A stretch of DNA of 64,000 nt from Macrostomum lignano (lineage: Eukaryota): NCBI GenBank assembly GCA_002269645.1, contig NIVC01001747.1, positions 151,489-215,488 of the forward strand, in the 5' to 3' direction. The notes below the pieces were generated by a model that saw only the letters and a program-made list of their open reading frames with translations, was not told the origin of the DNA and did not search any database. The position numbers and the translations under genes are program-made. Numbering within the stretch: the first letter of the stretch is position 1; each line of letters starts with the position of its first letter. Shown one piece after another: positions 16,101 to 29,599 of this stretch.

Positions 16101-18050
16101 TAAGATAGCATCACCTAAAATATAATCATCTAATTCAGAATCACCACAGATAGAATCACCACAGATAGAATCACCAGAGATAGAATCACTCAAAATAGCA
16201 TCACCCATAATAGAATCACCCAAGATAGAATCACCCAAGATAGAATCACCCAAGATAGCATCACCCAAGATAGAATCACCCAAGATAGAATCACCCAAGA
16301 TAGAATCACCCAAGATAGAATCATCTAAGATAGCATCACCCAAGATGGAATCATCTAAGATAGCATCACCCAAAATATAATCATCTAAGACAGAATCACT
16401 ACAGATAGAATCACCACAGATAGAATCACCAGAGATAGAATCACCCAAGATAGCATCACCCATAATAGAATCACCCAAGATAGAATCACCCAAGATAGAA
16501 TCACCCAAGATAGAATCACCCAAGATAGAATCACCCAAGATAGGATCACCCAAGATAGAATCACCCAAGATAGAATCACCCAAGATAGAATCATCTAAGA
16601 TAGCATCACCCAAGATAGAATCATCTAAGATAGAATCACCCAAAATATAATCATCTAAGACAGAATCACCACAGATAGAATCACCACAGATAGAATCACC
16701 CATAATAGAATTACCCAAGATAGAATCACCCAAGATAGAATCACCCAAGATAGAATCATCTAAGATAGCATCACCCAAGATGGAATCATCTAAGATAGCA
16801 TCACCCAAAATATAATCATCTAAGACAGAATCACCACAGATAGAATCACCACAGATAGAATTACCACAGATAGAATCACCCAAGATAGAATCACCCAAGA
16901 TAGAATCACTCAAGATAGAATCACCCATAATAGAACAACCCAAGATAGAATCACCCAAGATAGGATCACCCAAGATAGGATCACCCAAGATAGAATCACC
17001 CAAGATAGAATCACCCAAGATAGAATCACCCAAGATAGAATCACCCATAATAGAATCACCCAAGATAGGATCACCCAAGATAGAATCATCTAAGATAGCA
17101 TCACCCAAAATATAATCATCTAAGACAGAATCACCACAGATAGAATCACCACAGATAGAATCACCAGAGATAGAATCACCCAAGATAGCATCACCCATAA
17201 TAGAATCACCCAAGATAGAATCACCCAAGATAGAATCACCCAAGATAGAATCACCCAAGATAGAATCACCCAAGATAGAATCATCTAAGATAGCATCACC
17301 CAAGATAGAATCATCTAAGATAGCATCACCCAAAATATAATCATCTAAGACAGAATCACCACAGATAGAATCACCCAAGATAGAATCACCACAGATAGAA
17401 TCACCCAAGATAGAATCACCCAAGATAGAATCACCCAAGATAGAATTACCCATAATAGAATCACCCAAGATAGAATCACCCAAGATAGAATTACCCATAA
17501 TAGAATCACCCAAGATAGGATCACCCAAGATAGAATCATCTAAGATAGCATCACCCAAAATATAATCATCTAAGACAGAATCACCACAGATAGAATCACC
17601 ACAGATAGAATCACCAGAGATAGAATCACCCAAGATAGCATCACCCATAATAGAATCACCCAAGATAGAATCACCCAAGATAGAATCACCCAAGATAGAA
17701 TCACCCAAGATAGAATCACCCAAGATAGAATCACCCAAGATAGAATCACCCAAGATAGAATCACCCAAGATAGAATCACCCAAGATAGAATCATCTAAGA
17801 TAGCATCACCCAAAATATAATCATCTAAGACAGAATCACCACAGATAGAATCACCACAGATAGAATCACCACAGATAGAATCACCCAAGATAGAATCACC
17901 CATAATAGAATTACCCAAGATAGAATCACCCAAGATAGAATCACCCAAGATAGAATCACCCAAGATAGAATCACCCAAGATAGAATCACCCAAGATAGAA
18001 TCACCCAAGATAGAATCACCCAAGATAGAATCAGCCAAGATAGAATCGCC
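4190..18050. repeat. 13.9-kb 15-bp minisatellite (AGATAGAATCACCCA)n with higher-order repeat blocks
   Basis: About 900 units with a small set of recurrent variants; degenerate units at both ends. Confidence 0.98.
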
Positions 18051-18469
18051 CTAGATTTACCTGTTTCAAATTGACCGTTGATGTATTTCGCATTTTAGTC
18101 TTTACTGTTTATTTGTAATTCCTGACTCTATATTTTTCCATTTTTAGTTGCACGATAACAATTGGAAAGGACAAAATGAAAGCTCAGTATTTTACCTAAT
18201 TTGTTTTTACACAAGGCAGACAAACAGACAGGCGCAAAGCTCCAAAGCTTTAGCAATTTTATTTAAAATTGAAAAGATAAAATCACTGTGCATATCGCCT
18301 TTGTTCTTCAGATTTTAAGTTCAGATAATATGACTCATGGCTGGATTATAATGAAAAGATGGGTTTAAAATTCGAGTGCAAATTTGAAAGCAAACAATTG
18401 AGTCTTGCTGCTTCAGTGAAAGTACTTTAATTTATAGGCTGAATTTATGCCATCATTTTATTTATGATC

Positions 18470-18660
18470 TTTGAGGCCACTCAGCATCACCCTATCTATG
18501 ATTCTTAAGGCCATCATCCTTATCTATGATTCCTAAGGCCATCATCCTTATCTATGATTCCTAAGGCCACCATCCTTATCTATGATCCTTAAGGCCACTC
18601 AGCAACCCCTATTATTTATGATCCGTCAGGAAACTCAGCAAACCCTATTTATGATCCTCA
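18470..18660. repeat. short ~29-bp tandem repeat (AAGGCCATCATCCTTATCTATGATTCCT-like)
   Basis: About 6 degenerate copies. Confidence 0.8.
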
Positions 18661-18661
18661 C

Positions 18662-19008
18662 GTAGTCTTAAGCCCGTATCTGCCATATACTCGTGCAGCT
18701 CTCTGTATCCTTGAACATTATCCCAAAAAGCCACCAAAAAGGCCTGGGAATTCTCAGGATTAGAAACAAATAATGATTCCCTCATCAGAATCTGAATCGC
18801 TCTTAGCCCAGCAACACTCTCTAGTTGGATTATTCCCAGCAAATGCGTGCAGTTTACCCCGCTGACCTGCGACAGTGGCTGTCTGTCTCTCGTCTATCCC
18901 GGCAGAAAAAAAATATATATTGATCCATCGCAGCATCCATAGAAGAGCCTCATCCTGCAAGGACACTATCGGGGGTAATGCAAAACGCAATATATAACAG
19001 CAGCAACC
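18662..19008 (-). pseudogene. possible disabled ANF-receptor-like ectodomain exon
   Basis: Acceptor-like TTTTCCCAAAATTCAACAG at 19009 and donor GTGAGG at 18661. Mixed-frame translation YIAFCITPDSVLAG / MRLFYGCCDGSIYIFFLP weakly resembles the xIxCxxPDxxRxxMLxAxxxGxxxxxYVFF segment of receptor guanylyl cyclases. It needs a frameshift and contains a TAG. Confidence 0.3.
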
Positions 19009-19419
19009 CTGTTGAATTTTGGGAAAATGAACACTGAGAAAGCTGAGGGCTGCACTGGAGCTGCCGAGAGTGTGATGGAGAAGAGAGAGAAGAGAGCAGA
19101 CTCAACTCAACAGCTGAGAATTTTAGCAGCTGTCTGGAGTCTCGCATTCAACAGTTTGTCAATTCGCGCTCATCCCCAGCTAGCTGTATATATAATGCTA
19201 GTAGTTAAAATCCTTAAAAGCCCCTCGCTGGTCGAGATTTCCCAGATTATTATTATTGAACAAACTGTCTTTCTTTCAATGAATTCTGCACTAAGCAAAG
19301 CTGTGGGATATGCTATATGCTAATCCCGCTGAGTTTTATGGACCAGCTGAGCTCGTGGCTCACGCATTTGAACTGCAATTTCAAATTGAGAAACCGTTTT
19401 CTCGGGGAATGTCTTTTCT

Positions 19420-20520
19420 CCCTGAAGAAAGTCCTTCTGAGGTCCTTTAAACTCATCTATGGTCTTTTTGAGGTCCTCTAAACTCATCTATGGTCCTTCT
19501 GAGGTCCTCTAAACTCATCTATGGTCTTTTTGAGGTCCTCTAAACTAATCTATGGTCCTTTTGAGGTTCTCTAAACTCATCTATGGTCCTTCTGAGGTCC
19601 TCTAAACACATATATGGCGTTTCAGGGATCCTCTAAACTATGGTCCTTCTGGGTCCTCTAAAATCATATATCATCCTTTTATGGTCCTCTAAAAATATAT
19701 ATGGTCCTTCTGAGGTCCTCTAAAATCATCTATATGGTCCTTCTGAGGTCCTCTAAACTCATCTATGGTCCTTTTGAGGTCCTCTAAACTCATCTATGGT
19801 CCTTTTGAGGTCCTCTAAACTCATCTATGGTCCTTTTGAGGTCCTCTAAACTCATCTATGGTCCTTTTGAGGTCCTCGAAACTCATCTATGGTCCTTTTG
19901 AGGTCCTCTAAACTAATCTATGGTCCTTTTGAGGTTCTCTAAACTCATCTATGGTCCTTCTGAGGTCCTCTAAACACATATATGGCGTTTCAGGGACCCT
20001 CTAAACTATGGTCCTTCTGGGTCCTCTAAAATCATATATCATCCTTTTATGGTCCTCTAAAAATATATATGGTCCTTCTGAGGTCCTCTAAAATCATCTA
20101 TATGGTCCTTCTGAGGTCCTCTAAACTCATCTATGGTCCTTTTGAGGTCCTCTAAACTCATCTATGGTCCTTTTGAGGTCCTCTAAACTCATCTATGGTC
20201 CTTTTGAGGTCCTCTAAACTCATCTATGGTCCTTTTGAGGTCCTCGAAACTCATCTATGGTCCTTTTGAGGTCCTCTAAACTCATCTATGGTCCTTTTGA
20301 GGTCCTCTAAACTCATCTATGGTCCTTTTGAGGTCCTCTAAACTCATCTATGGCGTTTCTGGGATCCTCTAAACTATGGTCCTTCTGGGTCCTCTAAAAT
20401 AATATATCATCCTTCAATGGTCCTCTGAACTCATCTATATGGTCTTTTTGACGTCCTCTAGTTCTAATATGGTCCTTCTGGAGTCCTCTACTCCCCCCTA
20501 TGATCCTTCTACGGTGCTAA
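19420..20520. repeat. 31-bp minisatellite (GAGGTCCTCTAAACTCATCTATGGTCCTTTT)n with an internally duplicated ~360-bp block
   Basis: Direct reading; variant block CACATATATGGCGTTTCAGGG at ~19608 and ~19975. Confidence 0.95.
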
Positions 20521-21049
20521 AGCATTCACCTAATGGTTCCAGTCGAGGTTCTCTAACATTTCCAAGAAAGCACACCAGTATTTCTGCTCTCAAGGCATCG
20601 CAGTACAGAAGCAATTTGCAATGAGAAAAACATCCCAGACTGCGCACCCACAGATGAAGGGTTGGGGCGGGGATGAGCTCAAGGCTGAGGAAGGCAGCCT
20701 GCTAATCTCTCCAGCTTTGGAGTTCCCGGAAACTTTTGCTAGATTAAAAAGATACAAACCAACCCCCTCCCTTCCCCCGGAGCACGCGGGTTCCTTTCCC
20801 CAGGGCAATTGGCACGCAAAAAATGCAGTATGCTTTTTTCTCTTCTTATCAGTCCTGCCCAACCCTCCTCCCGTGCTGCATTTTGCCGAATTCTGCCCGG
20901 AATTCTGTCAGGCAGGGTAGCGGAGTCAATTTGCTTGCCTGGCATTGACTGCTCATCGCTTGACAGCAAACAGAAAGAGAAATTGCAGTTGATAAATCTT
21001 TTGCTGCCTTTAGAGAGGATTTTTTGAGTTCTGCATTTGTTAGCGCTGT

Positions 21050-21505
<456 letters not shown>

Positions 21506-22187
21506 GTGATTGAATCGTGTCAAAAAAGCATTGACAAAAATCGGGAAGTTCACTGCTCAGGGCAAAGTGGATCCCAGTGACTTCCCTACCCGTGTGTCAG
21601 TCAAGTTTGCTTAGTGGGGCCGAGCCATGCAGCCTGGAAGAGTCACTCCCAGAGCTACAGAAAAGGAAAAGTGGTCGGGAAGCGCCGGTGCTTTGAAATC
21701 CTTTGCAGGAAATTCATATTTTTCGTCATTTTTCTACCCTTTTAGCTTGGAACGTGTGCCAGAGCATATTTTCACTCTGAGCAGCAGGCAATGCAAAGTG
21801 TTTTGCAAGGCATTCCAAGGGGTAAAAATGAATGGGGAAATATGATTGACCCAATCGACTGTCCTCAAGAGTCGATCAGCTCCCTTGCCCTTCTCCTGTT
21901 GCCAACTTGTCAGCGGTTGGCAGTCAGGACCCACCGGTTTTAATTTTCAAGACTTGGAATTTCTTTTTCAACGTTTTGTTCCCTGCGCAGAATAAATAGT
22001 TGTTCAAATAAAGAAGATAGATGACAGGGGTGTGAGTGAGACGCTCCAGCATCAGGCCACGACATGCAGCTTCTCTGCTGCCAAGCCTTCATCACACTGT
22101 GTGCTCACTTTCAATTTTATCTTGCTTTCCATCTGGTTTGCTTAGAACTTAACCAATTCTTTACCTGCCTTCCTACATGACCGCTGG

Positions 22188-22188
22188 T

Positions 22189-22267
<79 letters not shown>

Positions 22268-22900
22268 GCTCCACTGCGCGTTAGCGACTGCGGGGACTTC
22301 TTTCTAGTGCAAAGTCCATATAAATTCGATTTTCTCGCTTTGAGAAATTCTTCGATTGTTAATAAAAAGATTGGCTTTGAATTCAGTGAGTGTACATGAC
22401 TGACGGGGTGAAAGGTTGCTGTCGGCTTGAGTTGCGACAGCGTCATAGATTACCTCTGCGATGTCCTTTCTCTTCTCTCCCCTCTCCTACCTGGTTTCTC
22501 TCTCCTGTCTCTCACTCTCACCTCTCCCCTCTCCCATCTCTCCACTCTCTGGTCTCTCCTCTCCAATCTCAATCCTCTCTCTCATCTCTCTGATTTTCCA
22601 ATCTCTCTCCTCCCATCCCTCTCCCCTCCCATCTCTCTCCTCTCCCATCTCTCTCCTGTCTCTCACTCTCCCCTCTCCACTCTCCCATCTCTCCACTCTC
22701 TGATCTTTCCTCTCCCATCTTAATCCTCTCTCACATCTCTCTCCTCTCAAATCTCAATCCTCTCTCCCCTCTCCCCTCTCTCTTCTCCCATCTCTCTCCT
22801 CTCCCATCTCTCCCTTTCCCTCTACCTCTCACCCTCTCCCTTTCATTCTCTCCCATCTCTCTCCCCTCCTTCTCTCCGTCCCCTCTCACTTTCTAATCCC
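22188..22900. repeat. (CT)n microsatellite (22188-22263) and CT-rich low-complexity tract (22460-22900)
   Basis: Direct reading. Confidence 0.9.
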
Positions 22901-24369
22901 TTCCCGATCAATTACACACCAGCCCCATTGCACTGTCAGTCTGTCTTACAGCACTCTCCAATTTCACCCCTAAAAACATTTTTCCATTCCTCAGTCGTCA
23001 GACTTATCTATAGCTACCCAGCTCCCGATCCCAGCTTCCATGCAAGCTTGGCCATCTCTCTCTCTATCAGTAGGTCACTGATACGAGGCTTCTAGTTACT
23101 CTGCGCACCGCAGCCGCACTCTGGCAATCCATCTTCAATGGTTCCTTTTTATCTCCAGTCCACCGCGCCCCTAGCTATAGCATCTGCTGTCTACTGGTGG
23201 CATTTTAAACGTAGAAAAATTCATGGATTGTCAAAAATTCGTCCAGCGGAACCACACAACCAGCCAGTCAATTTGTTTTCTAGCCAAATCTGAAAAAATT
23301 CTTTTTTTTAACTTCATTTTCTCCAGCACTGGAAAATCTGATCAGGTCACTTGAGAGCTACGAAGATGTGAAGGTCAAGTTTTTAGGTTCAACAAAAATT
23401 TTACCCCACCTAAAAGTACTTTTATGAAAACCATGCCCTCGCGAAAGTCGAGTTGGGACTAAATCTGATTTAATTTTGTATTAATTAAATCTGCAATAAT
23501 TGTTATCTTTGATTCGGAGGAATATTCTATAATTAAATTGTTTTTTTTTGTTTTGCATTAATTAAATTTGTTACCATTTTAAATTTTGTTTGTGAGGAAC
23601 ATTCTAGAAAGATCGTTAGTACTAAATCTGTTTTATTTTATTGTTTAAATTAAATTCTAAATTCTTTCAAAGCTAAATTATTAGGCATCTAATGGTAGGA
23701 AGTATAGTTAAATCTGTTTTGAGTTTGTTTAAAATAAATGCGTACTTTTTTGAAACTTCGTTCGGCAAATAAGCTTTAAAATATGGCACCATATTAATAA
23801 ACAAAAAGTACTTGATAAAACAATTTAATAAAAATGGCTCTCAAGTGACTTCCTATAGAAAGCTTAGCTCATATAGATCTTAAACAGTGTTTACCACAAT
23901 CCAATTTTGGCGCGAATTTAAACATAATTTTATAACGTCACATCGACCATAAATATCTAGCATAGAAGGTTTACTTTTTATAGTGCCAGTATGAGTATAT
24001 ATACATGCAATATATCCATACTGTTTATACGGCCATGCACATACTAAATTGCCATGCCTTTAAAATAGTGGGGCCAAACTGCTAAATTACCTAATTACCC
24101 CCCCCGCCAGCTAATTGCTACGGTCGAGCCAAATTAGCCGCAAAAAGGAAGGAAAGCTCTCACAATGCCTGCTGACTGCTTTAAGGATGTGACAGTTAAC
24201 CGACCACCCCCCCATCCCCTAGAGACTAATAATAAGCCATCGCTAGGGCGAAATTACATATTATATCCTTCTGCAAATCATCTTCTGCTTTTTGCTAACG
24301 TCACTGACTGCCTGTCTTTCTATTTTAGACCTCTTTATCTAAGCTCTGATTTGGCTCTTTTCTTGCCTC

Positions 24370-25100
24370 TACGTGTCTTCGCCTTCTTTTCTACCTGTCT
24401 TCGCCCACTTCTCTACCTGTCTTCGCCCACTTCTCTACCTGTCTTCGCCTTCTTCTCTACCTGTCTTCGCCTTTTTCTCTACCTGTCTTCGCCCTCTTCT
24501 CTACCTGTCTTCGCCCTCTTCTCTACCTGTCTTCGCCTTCTTCTCTACCTGTCTTCGCCCTCTTCTCTACCTGTCTTCACCCTCTTCTCTACCTGTCTTC
24601 GCCCTCTTCTCTACCTGTCTTCGCCCTCTTCTCTACCGGTCTTTGCCCTCTTCTCTACGTGTCTTCGCCCTCTTCTCTACCTGTCTTCGCCCTCTTCTCT
24701 ACCGGTCTTTGCCCTCTTCTCTACGTGTCTTCGCCTTCTTCTCTACGTGTCTTCGCCTTCTTCTCTACGTGTCTTCGCCTTCTTCTCTACGTGTCTTCGC
24801 CCTCTTCTCTACCTGTCTTCGCCCTCTTCTCTACCGGTCTTTGCCCTCTTCTCTACGTGTCTTCGCCTTCTTCTCTACGTGTCTTCGCCTTCTTCTCTAC
24901 GTGTCTTCTCCCTCTTCTCTACCAGTCTTCGCCCTCTTCTCTACCGGTCTTTGCCCTCTTCTCTACCTGTCTTCGCCCTCTTCTCTACCTGTCTTCGCCC
25001 TCTTCTCTACCGGTCTTCGCCCTCTTCTCTACGTGTCTTCGCCTTCTTCTCTACGTGTCTTCGCCTTCTTCTCTACCTGTCTTCGCCTTCTTCTCTACCT
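24370..25100. repeat. 22-bp minisatellite (CTACCTGTCTTCGCCCTCTTCT)n
   Basis: About 33 copies with few variants. Confidence 0.95.
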
Positions 25101-26054
25101 GCAGGCACGCACGCATAGACACGCTCACACGGGTGCACAGCGGCTCCTGACTTTCTAATCGTCCGGCATGTACACTTTCTGTGCCATGGGGGTTCACCCA
25201 AGGGTGTGCGTGGGAATCGCACGACAACCCACTTGGTCGATTTTCGAGTGCACCGAAATCCCAGTGCACCCAAAGGGTCACCCACCGACCATGCGTTCTT
25301 TTATCAAATTGTCCATACGAAAATTAAATCATAAATTGTTAATGACAACCTTCACATGCCTCTCTTCCACGTAGCTATATATTTTTTATCTTCACCGGGT
25401 TATAGCTTTAGCCGCAAACGGTACGCCATTTAAATCGAATCTACTAATCAAATCATATCGAGCTCTCGTTGACTGCCAAACCCCGTTCAAAATTACCGAT
25501 TAAGCTGTCAAGAATGACTTCAAACACACGCGAGGCTAGCTACACAGCTCACCCTCTACCCTCCATGCCCTCCCCCCCAGGGGTAACCCAGCCAGGAGAC
25601 ATGCTGTCTACTTCTCCCTTCCTGTGACTGACCCACGTCTTGGCCTGGCAGAAAAATCCCCGCGTCTCTCCGCGGGCAATTGAAGATAAAAGGGCATTTT
25701 GGTAATCGCACTAAGCATACAAGAATGATATTTCTTGCATGTTGCCTCAACTACTAAAACTACATGTTAGCTACGGCCGCTTTTGAGACGCCAATAGCTG
25801 GATGTGAAATACAGAATTAGAAACGAGTTGATTGACTGACTGATTGATTGATTAATCGGTTACACATAGGGAGAAAAGGGCGCCCCGCCCAGAAAATTGA
25901 TCCTTTGTCATTTCAAATAATTTTATCATTTTCTTTTGACCATCGCATGCATGTCAGTGTCGATTAGTGCTTATTTGATAGAAATTATTAATAATCTTTT
26001 TATTAGAGATTTGTCTCCTAGGACAATTCTTTGACGGCAAAAATACTTCTGCAA

Positions 26055-28395
26055 ATTCAAGATTGCAGATCCCAGATTGCAGATCCCAGATTGCAGATCC
26101 CAGATTGCAGATCCCAGATTGCAGATCCCAGATTGCAGATCCCAGATTGCAGATCCCAGATTGCAGATCCCAGATTGCAGATCCCAGATTGCAGATCCCA
26201 GATTGCAGATCCCAGATTGCAGATCCCAGATTGCAGATCCCAGATTGCAGATCCCAGATTGCAGATCCCAGATTGCAGATCCCAGATTGCAGATCCCAGA
26301 TTGCAGATCCCAGATTGCAGATCCCAGATTGCAGATCCCAGATTGCAGATCCCAGATTGCAGATCCCAGATTGCAGATCCCAGATTGCAGATCCCAGATT
26401 GCAGATCCCAGATTGCAGATCCCAGATTGCAGATCCCAGATTGCAGATCCCAGATTGCAGATCCCAGATTGCAGATCCCAGATTGCAGATCCCAGATTGC
26501 AGATCCCAGATTGCAGATCCCAGATTGCAGATCCCAGATTGCAGATCCCAGATTGCAGATCCCAGATTGCAGATCCCAGATTGCAGATCCCAGATTGCAG
26601 ATCCCAGATTGCAGATCCCAGATTGCAGATCCCAGATTGCAGATCCCAGATTGCAGATCCCAGATTGCAGATCCCAGATTGCAGATCCCAGATTGCAGAT
26701 CCCAGATTGCAGATCCCAGATTGCAGATCCCAGATTGCAGATCCCAGATTGCAGATCCCAGATTGCAGATCCCAGATTGCAGATCCCAGATTGCAGATCC
26801 CAGATTGCAGATCCCAGATTGCAGATCCCAGATTGCAGATCCCAGATTGCAGATCCCAGATTGCAGATCCCAGATTGCAGATCCCAGATTGCAGATCCCA
26901 GATTGCAGATCCCAGATTGCAGATCCCAGATTGCAGATCCCAGATTGCAGATCCCAGATTGCAGATCCCAGATTGCAGATCCCAGATTGCAGATCCCAGA
27001 TTGCAGATCCCAGATTGCAGATCCCAGATTGCAGATCCCAGATTGCAGATCCCAGATTGCAGATCCCAGATTGCAGATCCCAGATTGCAGATCCCAGATT
27101 GCAGATCCCAGATTGCAGATCCCAGATTGCAGATCCCAGATTGCAGATCCCAGATTGCAGATCCCAGATTGCAGATCCCAGATTGCAGATCCCAGATTGC
27201 AGATCCCAGATTGCAGATCCCAGATTGCAGATCCCAGATTGCAGATCCCAGATTGCAGATCCCAGATTGCAGATCCCAGATTGCAGATCCCAGATTGCAG
27301 ATCCCAGATTGCAGATCCCAGATTGCAGATCCCAGATTGCAGATCCCAGATTGCAGATCCCAGATTGCAGATCCCAGATTGCAGATCCCAGATTGCAGAT
27401 CCCAGATTGCAGATCCCAGATTGCAGATCCCAGATTGCAGATCCCAGATTGCAGATCCCAGATTGCAGATCCCAGATTGCAGATCCCAGATTGCAGATCC
27501 CAGATAGCAGATTCCAGATTGCAGATCCCAGATTGCAGATCCCAGATTGCAGATCCCAGATTGCAGATCCCAGATTGCTTCCCAAGATTTGCAGAAGTAA
27601 TCTTGCTTCCCAAGATTACTTCTGCAAATTCAAGATTGCAGATCCCAGATTGCAGATCCCAGATTGCAGTTCCCAGATTGCAGATCCCAGATTGCAGATC
27701 CCAGATTGCAGATCCCAGATTGCAGATCCCAGATTGCAGATTCCAGATTTTGCATCACAGATTGCAGATCCCAGGCTGCAGATCCCAGATTGCAGATCCC
27801 AGATTGCAGATCCCAGATTGCAGATCCCAGATTGCAGATCCCAGATTGCAGATCCCAGATTGCAGATCCCAGATTGCAGATCCCAGATTGCAGATCCCAG
27901 ATTGCAGATTCCAGATTTTACATCACAGATTGCAGATCCCAGATTGCAGATCCCAGATAGCAGATCCCAGATTGCAGATCCCAGACTGCAGGTCCCAGAT
28001 TGCAGATCCCACATAGCAGATTCCAATTTTCAAGATCCCACATTGCAGATCCCAGATTGCAGATTCCAATTTTCAAGATCCCACATTGCAGATCCCAGAT
28101 TTTACATTCCTGAATGCAGATATCAAATTTCAGATCCCACATTGCAGATCCCAGATTGCAGATACCTGATTGCAGATCCCAGATTGCAGATCCCAGATTG
28201 CAGATCCCAGATTGCAGATCCCAGATTGCAGATCCCAGAATGCAGATACCTGATTACAGATCCCAAATTGCAGATCCCAGATTTCAGATCCCAGATTGCA
28301 GATCCCAGAATGCAGATACCTGATTACAGATCCCAAATTGCAGATCCCAGATTTCAGATCCCAGATTGCAGATCCCAGATTGCAGATCCCAGATT
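26055..28395. repeat. 14-bp minisatellite (AGATTGCAGATCCC)n; perfect for ~1.45 kb, then progressively degenerate
   Basis: Direct reading. Confidence 0.98.
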
Positions 28396-28474
28396 TTGTT
28401 CTTATACTTCGAGCCTCATCTCAAAGAATCCCAAGAAGGCATGTCTCCCGGCAACCGCCCCCCCCCACACTCAC

Positions 28475-29243
28475 CAGCCAGTTTATTCCCAACTCTTTCC
28501 AGCAGGATCTTCCGGTACAGCTCGTCCGTAATGTTTAGCTTCAAGTCTTCATCAATTTGAGAATCCAGCGTCATTGACTCGTACATGTAGGACATGTTTT
28601 GCTTGAAATTGAATTCAAAGACTTTCTCTACGAACTGGCATTGGAACAGGTCTAGGAAGTAGCTGGGTCTGCCGTCAGTAGCCACGACACTTTTTCGTCG
28701 ATTGATGAAGAATAGCCGCTTCCAGCCTCCCAGATTGGTCATGACTGACTGCATTGTGTCGAAGATGCCTTTGCCCGTGGTGCCAACCCTGATCAAGTCG
28801 TACCTGTCGAGGCTGCCAGACAGGGCACCGGTGGAGATGAAAGTGTCGATGCTGTGCTTGTAGTACAGAAACACATTGTTGATGGAGTATGAGCACAGCA
28901 AGCCAGTGATGAGGCGCGGCTGCACTCCAGTTGAGGACTCGTGCTGCTTGCACTTCAGGGCCATCAGCTCCCTGATTGAAGCCACGTGTTCGCAAGGGAA
29001 GTCTTCCGGCTGCTTGACCAGCTGGATTGAGTGGCCGAGAGCTTGAAGAACAGTGGGATGCTGCATTGCAACATCGAATGTAGCCTGCAGCAGTTCAAGC
29101 GGACTGACCACTTGGTGACCAACTGAGTTGTACTTTGTCGCCAACAGCAGGACCGTGATGTTCTTCTTTGTTGAAGCGGTGACAGCAGCGGACAGACACA
29201 GGCACAGAAGCAAGATTGCTGCGGCGCTTTTAGAAGCAAGCAT
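28475..29243 (-). CDS. cassette B: first coding exon of an ANF-receptor-family (NPR / receptor guanylyl cyclase-like) ectodomain
   Basis: ATG at 29243; signal peptide AAAILLLCLCLSAAVTA; EDFPC and ITGLLCSY (GPxCxY-equivalent); FISTG, GWKR and LLERVGNK motifs; donor GCTG/GTGAGT at 28474 (phase 1). Confidence 0.75.
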
Positions 29244-29383
29244 TGCGCTTAGCGATACTGTCTGTAGTTTTTGAATTTCTTAGATGCTTTCGGGAGACAA
29301 CTACCAGCCGTATGCAGCATTATACACGACAGAAGTGTTTCAGCCTATTGATAATGTTCGGCTGCATTTTATGGAGTTGGTAA

Positions 29384-29440
29384 GAGAGAAGAGGAGAGAG
29401 GAGGCAGAGACAGAGCAGAGGCGCTGACTGATTGGTTGTG
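29384..29440 (-). promoter_or_regulatory. putative proximal promoter of cassette B (GA-rich tract plus CCAAT box)
   Basis: CTGATTGG at 29428-29435, ~185 bp upstream of the ATG; the same motif and arrangement occur upstream of cassette A. Confidence 0.4.
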
Positions 29441-29599
29441 GTTGGTTTTGCTGGCAAGAAGAGAGAAAGAGAATCGTGGGAATGGCGCGGGTCTCCTTGG
29501 GGTTTGGAAACGCCCTTAAGCCATGGCTTTGGTTGGTTTGAACTGATTTCTTTAAACAAATTTTGTCTAATTTTAAAACAGATTAAAAATGATCTTAAT

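Noticed and set aside
22310-22455. Minus-strand stretch reading EVIYDAVATQ...EKIEFIWTLH* after a CAG in phase 1
   Set aside because: The upstream tract is purine-rich (no polypyrimidine tract) and there is no similarity to receptor ectodomains
25100-25750. Small ORFs (25168-25374 plus; 25556-25750 minus with ARNIILVC) as a missing exon or transposase
   Set aside because: No matching splice phase or sites and no motif I can substantiate
25954-28531. 500-800 aa ORFs (QIPDCRSQIADPRL repeats)
   Set aside because: A perfect 14-bp repeat with no stop codon in its unit opens all frames
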